Below are positions 38,701 through 46,288 of a stretch of DNA of 64,000 bases, piece by piece; the first letter of the stretch is position 1, and each line of letters begins with the position of its first letter. A program made the translations under genes and the position numbers. Where the stretch lies: contig JBNGBT010000001.1 of the NCBI GenBank assembly GCA_049903315.1, positions 224,001 through 288,000 of the forward strand. Direction: 5' to 3'. A model generated the notes under the pieces. The model did no database searches. It saw nothing but the letters and a program-made list of their open reading frames with translations, and was not told the DNA's origin. Origin of the DNA: Candidatus Cloacimonadota bacterium. Its GTDB lineage: Bacteria; Cloacimonadota; Cloacimonadia; JGIOTU-2.

Positions 38701-39306
38701 GTCGTGGGGAATTTCCTCTCCGAGATCGGGGGAACCGACTGGAATGTGCAGACAACTCTCACCCTGATGAATGATGAAGGTATTGATGGTGATTCTGTTG
38801 CATTTGACGGCATTTACACCTACTTTGGCTCAATCCCGGCTGGTGAATACGAATACAAGATCGTACTCAATAATAACTGGGATCAAAATACCACTGGAGA
38901 GAACCTATATTTAAGCTTGAATGCGAACAGCGATGTGTATTTTTATTATAATATGGCACAAAACATAATATGGGCAGAGAATGCCGGTGTATCGGTCGAT
39001 GAGCCGGATCAACCGCAGTATGAGATCAATATCACTCTTGCTCCCCCTCATCCATCACCTTTTAAAGACCAGCTTACGATCGATTATTATGTACGCCAGC
39101 CATCAAAAGTAACTTTGGAAATTTTTAATATAAAAGGACAAAAAATTCTTACTCTTATTGATAATGAACTGAAACAAGGAGCGAACTCGGTCACCTGGAA
39201 CGGTCGTAATAATACGAACAATAAAATTCCTTCGGGAGTGTATCTTATTCAGCTTTCCACTTCTTATGAATTCTGTACAGAAAAAGCAGTGTTTTTACAT
39301 AAATAA
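35713..39306 (+). CDS. Secreted GH57-family glycoside hydrolase with C-terminal Ig/starch-binding-like modules and CTD
   Basis: Start MNKKCT at 35713; HHGNQ, WVPERVW (nucleophile Glu), YGTDWE (acid/base Asp); VVGSMNGW...YEYK twice; MNDEGIDGDSVAFDGIYT; CTD IFNIKGQ..WNG..SGVY. Confidence 0.75.
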   Translation: MNKKCTAVLIGFLLVAVNAFAFTITGDISSWQKEDFISFDEVGDCVASCGDITSVFSRVENGTLFLRITFDDMVQRSQNHIVKDNFHEKDIAAIVTIYAGKEKKALFHKEFSMQALEQKNGDEKILRTRECNTVEHSIPFVTEFAKEDLTYKIDVIIDGTIVDNFIGKGQTLFRGGNCAFVHHGNQGLTYTEVFYGQYPQETSGFDEVLEVHEATNIPGNFHMSGTLMPAAEWHNPEFNDWLETGAASGWVAMMTSALGQHMMPFVQNDMNNWSVNIECDMVDYRYNYIPRVAWVPERVWLNPGQYPDAGVIDWLGDNWQQYGVDAVILDDSPHCWNVNKNKIHWMNNGSGVTLRVIPIDNEFVGKMHYDADGAKNYINSQGQYEIVVYGTDWEVAAEMNEHHNSFFLDNYESVLWYCHDNYPAINVWKLDAALANADFNGSSFDITPGTYGLLGGGDGYGGSNNSWYTQWAGAESHSDYHSPKWTYGYIWNDVYNNIITCPDNGLSQLAWYTLMINLHETGWHTSGEIADWEHRYSAHMKNANVYAEASRWANGDYVETTASYLSDIDKDGVDELIMYNDNAFYVFETIGGKANWIFVKDGSGNGYSVVGSDVAYWSESDGDYNESSNNHVAALSDVSPNYQNDLYAMVVNTGTGDSVQATLTKNEVSKVISLQTGDSHLEVQYSFGNETGYVKSGWSSDLLDLIWSGKSNLQRMWGDWGEYCGQRNSSSGATGAIVIGDAGAEFNTEFEGTLVKGDEIKGQGSFVVYLFAGFTSAPYDPNNNKVVELDALADELQDSYAPRIVNEAAYLVGDSKLQIIYNEPVQELSAIDPGHYSFQNFTGSYSINNIQFSHERKVTITINESFQPGDLGDVVVSNVLDLHGNLIDPDYDTGAVTEIITPHVVGSMNGWTPGNHDYDFLLMDNGVWQSVLSLPTGSYEYKVIESNSWNGNDWPGENQSFVLGEASVITIYANCGIMVGEQNYDEYVFHSPNPPVVVGNFLSEIGGTDWNVQTTLTLMNDEGIDGDSVAFDGIYTYFGSIPAGEYEYKIVLNNNWDQNTTGENLYLSLNANSDVYFYYNMAQNIIWAENAGVSVDEPDQPQYEINITLAPPHPSPFKDQLTIDYYVRQPSKVTLEIFNIKGQKILTLIDNELKQGANSVTWNGRNNTNNKIPSGVYLIQLSTSYEFCTEKAVFLHK

Positions 39307-39414
39307 ACTGAAAATATCTTAGATAGGTAGAGAGGAATGTTACTTTCTTTGGAAGGTTTATGATCTAAATGTATTAACCCACAAAAAAACAATATAATTC
39401 TAAGGAGAATTACA

Positions 39415-40806
39415 ATGAAAAAAATTAGTATTTTAGTTGTGTTATTATTTGTTGCTGCAAGCTTGAATGCCGCAATTGGTTGGAGCGGAAATATTTGGCC
39501 AAATTCCGGTACTGACCAAACAAACGGAAGTGATATAACTGTATATTATCAGATGTGGAAAGATGGCACGACTGGTCCCGCAGGTCCAGATCCAAATCTT
39601 TCAGCAACTTTGTATTATAAATTATCAACTCAGGGAACATACCAGTCAGTTGCAATGTCATATCTTGGAGCTGTTGGTAACAATGATGAGTATTCCGGTG
39701 CAATACCAAACACCTTTTTTTACACAGGTGATGTTGTAAATTTCTATTGTGAAGGATATGACAATACCGATGCCTCATATTCATATGGAACAGACCAAAA
39801 TATGGCTGGTCCATTCACAGATGTAGCACCTGGAAGTTATAATATCGTTGCTGGATTAAATCAAGATGTTACTGTTACTTTCAATGTATATCTTGGCTAT
39901 CAGGAAGCTTCAAGTTATGCTGGTGGTGTATCTGTTCAGGGTAGTTTGCTTCCTCTTGATTGGACACCCGGTTCAACCTTACTTACAGATGTTGATGTAG
40001 ATCTGATCTATACATGTGATGTTTTATTTCCAGCGGGAACGAATCCAAACTTAGAATTCAAGTTTACAAAGAGTGCTGATGGCTCAGCCTGGGATTGGGA
40101 GAGTCTTCCAAACAGACCTCTTACAATTGATGACTCATCACCTACACAAATAATTGATCCTCCGCTTTTATTCGATGCAGAAGGAACCCTTCCTGTCGAG
40201 CTTTCCGCTTTCACTGCAGTGTACATGAACGAATTTGTAACCGTCTCTTGGCAGACAGCGACAGAGACAGATGTGATCGGGTATAATATTTTCCGTTCCG
40301 AAGAGGATGATTTCTCGACCGTACAAAAAGTGAACACTTCGATCATACCCGGACACGGTACCACAACCACACCTCAATCTTATGAATTCACAGACGTCAC
40401 TGCTGATCCTTATTACACAACTTACTATTACTGGCTCGAGGTCGTGAACTTTGGTGGAACCAATAATATTTACGGCTCGATCGAGTTTGAGCCGGTGGAT
40501 GTTGATCAAAATGGTGAGATGAATATAATAACCTCTAATCTGCTTCCTAGTTTCCCGAATCCTGTGCATGTTGGTCAGTCCGTGAAATTCAGCTTCTGCC
40601 TTGGTGGACTTGAAGGAACAGTTCGTCCTGTTCAGCTGAGTATATATAATGTGCTCGGACAGCGTATTGCAGATGTCGTGAATGACGAGCGTGTGGTGAA
40701 TAACTACACTGCTGAATGGAATACAGAAAATGTTGGACGCGGTATATATTTCTATCAGCTTAAGACCGAAGATTATCAAGAAACCAAAAAATTAATGATC
40801 GACTGA
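39415..40806 (+). CDS. Secreted non-catalytic protein: unnamed N-domain, CBM20-like, LPVEL Ig-like domain, CTD
   Basis: IGWSGNIWPNS domain; VQGSLLPLDW...LEFKF...WES..NR; LPVELSAFTA; FPNP...IYNVLGQ...GIYFYQL. Confidence 0.8.
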   Translation: MKKISILVVLLFVAASLNAAIGWSGNIWPNSGTDQTNGSDITVYYQMWKDGTTGPAGPDPNLSATLYYKLSTQGTYQSVAMSYLGAVGNNDEYSGAIPNTFFYTGDVVNFYCEGYDNTDASYSYGTDQNMAGPFTDVAPGSYNIVAGLNQDVTVTFNVYLGYQEASSYAGGVSVQGSLLPLDWTPGSTLLTDVDVDLIYTCDVLFPAGTNPNLEFKFTKSADGSAWDWESLPNRPLTIDDSSPTQIIDPPLLFDAEGTLPVELSAFTAVYMNEFVTVSWQTATETDVIGYNIFRSEEDDFSTVQKVNTSIIPGHGTTTTPQSYEFTDVTADPYYTTYYYWLEVVNFGGTNNIYGSIEFEPVDVDQNGEMNIITSNLLPSFPNPVHVGQSVKFSFCLGGLEGTVRPVQLSIYNVLGQRIADVVNDERVVNNYTAEWNTENVGRGIYFYQLKTEDYQETKKLMID

Positions 40807-40821
40807 TAATTATACAAACAG

Positions 40822-40853
40822 ACCTGGCTGCTGCTTGAAGTGGCAGCCGGGTT
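40822..40853 (+). terminator. GC-rich hairpin after the 39415 gene (terminator or stabiliser)
   Basis: acctggctgctgct / agtggcagccgggt stem; U-tract is weak. Confidence 0.55.
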
Positions 40854-40917
40854 GATACTTGTAATATATCTTTGAGTCGACAATGCTGATTAACATGTCA
40901 TCCCGACCCAATCCATT

Positions 40918-41036
40918 TTGTCATTCTGAGCAAAATGAAATGACGCGAAGAATCTATTCGATAAAAACGAACTCACGTCTTAAGAAGTTACTGATGTTTA
41001 TAATAAATAGATTCTTCACTGCGTTCAGAATGACAA
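40918..41036. repeat. 119-bp palindromic REP-like element, copy 1
   Basis: Terminal IR ttgtcattctga/tcagaatgacaa; inner IR gaagaatctat/atagattcttc. Confidence 0.9.
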
Positions 41037-41100
41037 CGCCCTTTAACCTGAGAGAGATGCACTTTACTTTCTGCAACGCATCTGAAAAGCTTGTGTGATA

Positions 41101-41400
41101 ATGGTCTATACAAAGAATTACTACGTATACATCATGACAAATCATTCTGGAACATTATACACAGGAGTTACTAACAACCTTGAAAGAAGAGTCTACCAAC
41201 ACAAGCAAAAAGTGTTTGAAGGATTTACAAAGAAATACAATATAGATCGTCTTGTGTACTTCGAACATACTCATGATGTAAGAGTTGCGATCCTCAGAGA
41301 AAAGGAGATCAAGGGTTGGTTGCGCCAGAAGAAAATCAAGTTGATCGAAACAATGAATCCAGAATGGAACGACCTTAGCAAAGATTGGTTCGATGAATAA
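41101..41400 (+). CDS. Small GIY-YIG nuclease family protein
   Basis: YYVYIMTN..GTLYTGVTNNLERRVYQH, FTKKY, LVYFE, REKEIKGW.R.KK..LIE..NPEW.DL. Confidence 0.93.
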   Translation: MVYTKNYYVYIMTNHSGTLYTGVTNNLERRVYQHKQKVFEGFTKKYNIDRLVYFEHTHDVRVAILREKEIKGWLRQKKIKLIETMNPEWNDLSKDWFDE

Positions 41401-41406
41401 TAAAAA

Positions 41407-41525
41407 TTGTCATTCTGAGCGGAATGAAGTGAAGCGAAGAATCTATTCGTTCAAAACGAGCCCTAAGCTTGAGAAATTGCTATCAGCTATAGTACATAGA
41501 TTCTTCACTGCGTTAAGAATGACAA
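41407..41525. repeat. 119-bp palindromic REP-like element, copy 2
   Basis: Same length and orientation as copy 1; arms conserved, central spacer diverged. Confidence 0.9.
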
Positions 41526-41580
41526 AGTGTATAAAGTATGTAGAGAAAATATTTGTGTTGTCAAATCCATGCACATTATT

Positions 41581-44500
41581 ATGAAAAAAGCAATTCTCTT
41601 TGTACTGCTGGTCATTATATCAAACATCGGAGTATCCGCTCCGGTACATACTACCTATCTATGGCACCTGCAGCAGCCGATCTACTGGCCCGACAAAGGC
41701 ACATGGAATGCCTTCCGTTATCAAACCTGCTGGGAGTCCCAGTGGCTGAAGAACAATAATGGCAACTGGTATTCCGACGGGCTGCAACATCCTTTGAATG
41801 ACCTCGAGGATATATTTAATAAAGCAGATAGAGTTGCTGCATATCAATGGCGCTCAAAAGACGCAGTACAAACCCTTCTCAGTCTCTCTGATGCTGGAGC
41901 TCAAGTGAATTATTCCGGTTGTCTTATCGAAAACGTGCAGTCTCTCGCAGATGGAGGACAATGGGGTTACAGTTCCGGCTGGCAGGGAAATTTCCAGACT
42001 GCCCGTTCCTGGCAAACCTCGGGTGGTAATCCACGAATGGATATCACTGCTTTCACTTTTCATCATGCACTCGCACCCCTCATCGATGAGAACGCACTGC
42101 ATAAAGAAATTCAAACTCATCGTTATATTTACAACCAGTTCTTTGGAAATACTCCCGTATATTCAAAGGGATTCTGGCCTGCCGAATGCTCTTTCTCTGA
42201 GAGAATTATTCAAACGCTTGTTGAAGAAGGAATCGAGTGGTCAGTTATCGCAAACAGCCATCTGGCGAGAACCTGTCAGGATTATCCGCTGAGCTATGGC
42301 ACATCCGGTTGCAATATCGATCCGCCAAATCCGGCAGACATTCTCGGACCCATAGGCAGCAACTGGTGGAGTGGTCAGATCGATGGCAGGGGAGGTACGT
42401 TCGCAGCTCCTTTCTGCTATCAGGCGCACAAAGCCAATTTTGTCGATCCTGAAACCGAACAGGTATATACGATCGATGTCATCCCAATGGCTGATGTCCT
42501 CAGCTATACGAATGGCTACGGCACAATGGGAACCGGCGAGATCGATTCGCACATTGCTCCTTATAATAATCCCTCCCAACCCTCGATAGTGCTCATGGCA
42601 CATGACGGAGACAATGCATGGGGCGGCGGATATGATTACTATATGAATTCTGTGCCGAACTTTGCGAATGCAGCAGCATCGCAGGGATATATTCCCTCGA
42701 CCGTTCAGCAATTTCTGGATAATAATCCTGTTCCTGCAGATGACATCGTGCACGTGGAAGATGGAAGTTGGGTAAATGCCGCTATTGATTGGGGACATCC
42801 GCAGTTCATAAACTGGATCTGGCCCATGTATGACGGCAATTACCAATTTGATCCATTTGGCTGGACTGAGGACGTGCGCAATTGGGCAGTGATAACCGCT
42901 GCGCAGAACAGAGTGGAAACTGCAGAGGATCTGGTCGGATCGGTTGATGTCAGCAAAATAGTATTTCCTGATGCAAGCGCAAATAATGCCGAACTGGCAT
43001 GGCACTTTTTCCTGCCTTCACTCACAAGCGGGTATATGTATTACGGCACATCGCTGGATATGGAAGTCAAGCAGACAATTGCATGCAACAATGCCGCAGA
43101 ATATGCAGATTATGAGATCGATGCTCATCCGGGGGAAGACGATGTTGCTCCCACACTTTTCATTCCACAGAGATTCCCGTACAATCCGGGCGGCGAGGGC
43201 TTTGGTCCTCTGTTTGGCTATCAAACTCATCAGAATTCCAGTGATTTCTATGTGTGGACTTTTGTCTATGATGTTTCAGGACTTTCCTCAGTCGAGTTGA
43301 AATACCGCATTGATAACGACGGAACGAATCCACTTGATTCTTATGATAATGAAACCTATGCAGGCGGCTCGGAAGTGGGAACCTGGCACTCGATAACCAT
43401 GTCTATGAGAAATTTTCCCACAGGAAATGTGACCGGGAATCCTGCAGTTGATTTCTTTGTGCTGCCGGATTACATTTCTGATGAATATTATGCAGAAATA
43501 AGCGGGTATACAGACTGTCTGATGGATTACTATGTCCAAGCTGAAGATAATCATGGCAATGTGAAGAAGTCCCCGATACAGCATGTGTATGTTGGTTCTG
43601 GTGGAGGTTCTACGCAAAGCTATGTGCAGTGGACACCGGAAGAACCGCAAGTCGGAGATGAACTCACGATTTCGTATGGTCCGGATGGTTCATTGTATGA
43701 TGCAGCACAGCTTCAGATACATCTTGGTAGGAATGGCTGGCAGAATGTCGACGATCATGCCATGACACTTAATGCTCAGGATACCGTGTGGACGTACACC
43801 TACACTATTGAAAATGGTACAACAGTTATTGATTTCTGTTTCCATGACGGACAGGGCAATTGGGACAATAACAATGGACAGGACTGGCATGTGCAGGTGC
43901 AGGGAGCAAGCGTTCCCTTTATTATGGATGGCGTGGTCGATGCACAGGCAGAACTTGTGGCATTTACTTCTGAATTAGAACTCTGGGCAGCAGTTGATAA
44001 TGACTGGTGCTATGTGGCGTGCACTCCTGCAGGAAGTACGACCGACCTCTTTATGATGATCACAAGTGAGCTCTCTCAGATGACGTCAGCACCGTGGGCA
44101 AAAGCTGGGCAGGTTGCACAGTGGGATCTTTTCCTTGCACAGGAAGGTTCAAACGGCTACAATGCCTGGTATGATAATGAAGGCACGACCGGTGTAGCAT
44201 TCAATTCTGTTTTGGAAGGATACTTCTCAATTGCTATGGAACTCGGTGCAGTTGACAGCTTCTATATAGCCATTGGAGAATACGGCACAAATGATGGAGG
44301 AGCACTCCAAGAGCAGCTTCCCACCGGTAATGGAGATGGAGATATCAACTTTGATGAGTATTTCACCTACAATATTCCAGTTGTCTCAATTGATCCTCAA
44401 AATCCACAACCTACAATCCATACATGGAATTATCCAAATCCTTTTAACAATTCGACTAAGATATTTTTCAATATTGATTCATCGCAAAAAGTTAAGAGTG

Positions 44501-44688
44501 TTGAAGTTTACAATGTTAAAGGTCAATTAGTAAGGTCATTAGAAATTAGAAATTTGAAATTTGAAATTAGTTCTGTGACTTGGGATGGTTGTGATAATAA
44601 CAACAACGCTGTATCCCCGGGTGTTTATTTCTATAAGGTAGAAGCAAAAAATGAAAGCTTCATACATAAAATGTTATTAGTAAAATGA
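41581..44688 (+). CDS. Secreted GH119/GH57-like alpha-amylase with CBM25-like module and CTD
   Basis: Start MKKAIL at 41581; WHLQQP, SKGFWPAECSFSERII (Glu), SHLART..DYP, MAHDGDN (Asp); IHLGRNGW...FCFHDG..WDNNNGQDW; CTD NYPNPFN..VYNVKGQ. Confidence 0.72.
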   Translation: MKKAILFVLLVIISNIGVSAPVHTTYLWHLQQPIYWPDKGTWNAFRYQTCWESQWLKNNNGNWYSDGLQHPLNDLEDIFNKADRVAAYQWRSKDAVQTLLSLSDAGAQVNYSGCLIENVQSLADGGQWGYSSGWQGNFQTARSWQTSGGNPRMDITAFTFHHALAPLIDENALHKEIQTHRYIYNQFFGNTPVYSKGFWPAECSFSERIIQTLVEEGIEWSVIANSHLARTCQDYPLSYGTSGCNIDPPNPADILGPIGSNWWSGQIDGRGGTFAAPFCYQAHKANFVDPETEQVYTIDVIPMADVLSYTNGYGTMGTGEIDSHIAPYNNPSQPSIVLMAHDGDNAWGGGYDYYMNSVPNFANAAASQGYIPSTVQQFLDNNPVPADDIVHVEDGSWVNAAIDWGHPQFINWIWPMYDGNYQFDPFGWTEDVRNWAVITAAQNRVETAEDLVGSVDVSKIVFPDASANNAELAWHFFLPSLTSGYMYYGTSLDMEVKQTIACNNAAEYADYEIDAHPGEDDVAPTLFIPQRFPYNPGGEGFGPLFGYQTHQNSSDFYVWTFVYDVSGLSSVELKYRIDNDGTNPLDSYDNETYAGGSEVGTWHSITMSMRNFPTGNVTGNPAVDFFVLPDYISDEYYAEISGYTDCLMDYYVQAEDNHGNVKKSPIQHVYVGSGGGSTQSYVQWTPEEPQVGDELTISYGPDGSLYDAAQLQIHLGRNGWQNVDDHAMTLNAQDTVWTYTYTIENGTTVIDFCFHDGQGNWDNNNGQDWHVQVQGASVPFIMDGVVDAQAELVAFTSELELWAAVDNDWCYVACTPAGSTTDLFMMITSELSQMTSAPWAKAGQVAQWDLFLAQEGSNGYNAWYDNEGTTGVAFNSVLEGYFSIAMELGAVDSFYIAIGEYGTNDGGALQEQLPTGNGDGDINFDEYFTYNIPVVSIDPQNPQPTIHTWNYPNPFNNSTKIFFNIDSSQKVKSVEVYNVKGQLVRSLEIRNLKFEISSVTWDGCDNNNNAVSPGVYFYKVEAKNESFIHKMLLVK
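44538..44570 (+). repeat. 7-bp tandem repeat ATTWGAA inside CTD coding sequence
   Basis: attagaa attagaa atttgaa atttgaa attag, encoding LEIRNLKFEIS. Confidence 0.75.
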
Positions 44689-44709
44689 ACAAAAGTCATT
44701 TTAAAATTC

Positions 44710-44715
44710 TTGACA
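44710..44715 (+). promoter_or_regulatory. Putative -35 element
   Basis: TTGACA upstream of gene 44787 (RBS ggaggt). Confidence 0.45.
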
Positions 44716-44786
44716 TAATTATGGTAAAATTAGAGAAAATATTAAAAAATAAAAAATTATTAATCCAGAATATTTTGGAGGTATAG

Positions 44787-45905
44787 ATGAAGAAAATAGT
44801 AATAATTTTAGTTTTATTATTACCGAGTATTGTATATGCCGCAACTGGTTGGTTTGATGATTACATAACAATTAGTAAGAATGGTACACCTAACACCTAT
44901 TATCTGGTTGGTTCAGGAACTGATTTAAATGGATATGATTTTGGCACTGTATTAAGCTTGGTAATAACCAGTACTGATATGAAATACTGGAGTGATACTC
45001 AGGATCGTACGGGGGGAGCTTTCTATTGGCAAATTACATTAACTAACGATACAGTAGTCAATGGGCCAAATGAAGTAATCTGGTCTCATGCTTCTATTGG
45101 AGGTAATGATTACCAAGGTACTTGGAGTGGCAGTATCAATACTTTAGAAGGTCTTTCTGCCAGTACTGATTATAAGTTAAAAATTTGGGCAAAAAGTTGG
45201 GGTACAGAGCAAGGTGATAGTTGGCTTTCTAATGGTGGAGCAAATTATGTGGCTACTTTTCATACAGACGCTACTCTTCCTGTAACCCTCTCAGCCTTCA
45301 CTGCTCAATACTTAGCAGGTAAACCACTGCTGTATTGGACCACACAATCCGAGACTGACAACATGGGCTGGTTCGTGTATCGTAATCAAGAAGAAGATTT
45401 CACTTCAGCTACAAAAGTTTCCGGCATGATAGAGGGACATGGCACAACTACTCAAACACAGTCCTATGTATATGAAGATGTCATTGCACATCCTCAAGTT
45501 GACGATGTGTATTATTACTGGTTAGAGAGTGTTGACTACAGCGGGACGATCCATCATTTTGATAAAGTGGCAATGATCACTATTCCTGATATTAATAATC
45601 CAAATCCAAACATTACTCCTCCTCAAGTATACGACCTGATCTCCTCACCAAATCCATTCAATGAGACAACATGCATTAAATTTATGCTTACGCAGACAGC
45701 ATTTGTCGATGTTGCTATCTATGACGTCAAAGGCGCTCTCGTAAAATCATTTGATACACAGCATGTCACTGCTGATGATGAAGTATCAATGCAATGGGAT
45801 GGTAGAGATGAGAATGGCAAATCCTTATCTAATGGCATTTACCTCTACTCAGTAAAAGTGAATGGGCAGGATTATTCGACAAAGCAAGTTATCCTGATGA
45901 AGTAA
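44787..45905 (+). CDS. Secreted protein: unknown Trp-rich N-domain, LPVTL Ig-like domain, CTD
   Basis: Signal peptide; ...SNGGANYVATF; LPVTLSAFTA domain paralogous to that of gene 39415; SPNPFN..IYDVKG..WDGRDENG..GIYLY. Confidence 0.75.
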   Translation: MKKIVIILVLLLPSIVYAATGWFDDYITISKNGTPNTYYLVGSGTDLNGYDFGTVLSLVITSTDMKYWSDTQDRTGGAFYWQITLTNDTVVNGPNEVIWSHASIGGNDYQGTWSGSINTLEGLSASTDYKLKIWAKSWGTEQGDSWLSNGGANYVATFHTDATLPVTLSAFTAQYLAGKPLLYWTTQSETDNMGWFVYRNQEEDFTSATKVSGMIEGHGTTTQTQSYVYEDVIAHPQVDDVYYYWLESVDYSGTIHHFDKVAMITIPDINNPNPNITPPQVYDLISSPNPFNETTCIKFMLTQTAFVDVAIYDVKGALVKSFDTQHVTADDEVSMQWDGRDENGKSLSNGIYLYSVKVNGQDYSTKQVILMK

Positions 45906-45964
45906 AATTATAATAACCTCGTTCCTGTCCGCCAGCTGGCTGATGGGAACGTAATACACATTTC

Positions 45965-45991
45965 GGGGCTGATTTTTCAGCCCCCTTTTTT
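45965..45991 (+). terminator. Intrinsic terminator ending the + strand glucan cluster
   Basis: ggggctga-tttt-tcagcccc followed by ctttttt. Confidence 0.8.
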
Positions 45992-45993
45992 GT

Positions 45994-46275
45994 AACCTCA
46001 CCCTACCCCTCTCCTTCATAAGGAGAGGGAATAAAGGGAGAGGTTTTATTTTCATTTTCAAACCTTGAACAGTTTATAATAAGAAGGTGTTACCCAAAAG
46101 GGATTTGGTAACGAGGTGCGGAATGAAAATGATTTAAACCTGGAGTCTTCTGAAGTATATTTTTGTTATTCTCTACCTTCCCAAATCCCCCCTATTAAGG
46201 AGGGAGATGATAGTGACATTGCATTGGAAGGAAGTCCCGTCTCCTCTGTACTATAGGGAATTAAAGGGAGAGGTT
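45994..46275. repeat. Cluster of palindromic REP-like elements
   Basis: aacctcaccct..ccctctcctt-cat-aaggagaggg..agggagaggtt (45994-46045); degenerate second copy 46175-46275 with the same taaagggagaggtt end. Confidence 0.65.
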
Positions 46276-46288
46276 AGAAATTATAATG

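Noticed and set aside
40918..41525. CRISPR array or classical IS interpretation
   Set aside because: Only two long repeats separated by a gene; no cas genes, transposase or target-site duplication.
17334..41580. ORF-track starts at 17334, 24625, 27952, 35668 and 41527
   Set aside because: Downstream starts (17493, 24670, 28081, 35713, 41581) give proper signal peptides or family N-termini, and in most cases avoid overlap with the upstream gene or repeat.
40883..41584. Short ORFs 40883-41098, 40954-41145 and 41393-41584
   Set aside because: They are translations of the 119-bp palindromic repeats.
34461..43005. Long antisense ORFs (34461-35201, 35908-36816, 36925-37605, 40168-40779, 42241-43005)
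   Set aside because: Shadows of well-supported + strand genes with no motifs of their own.
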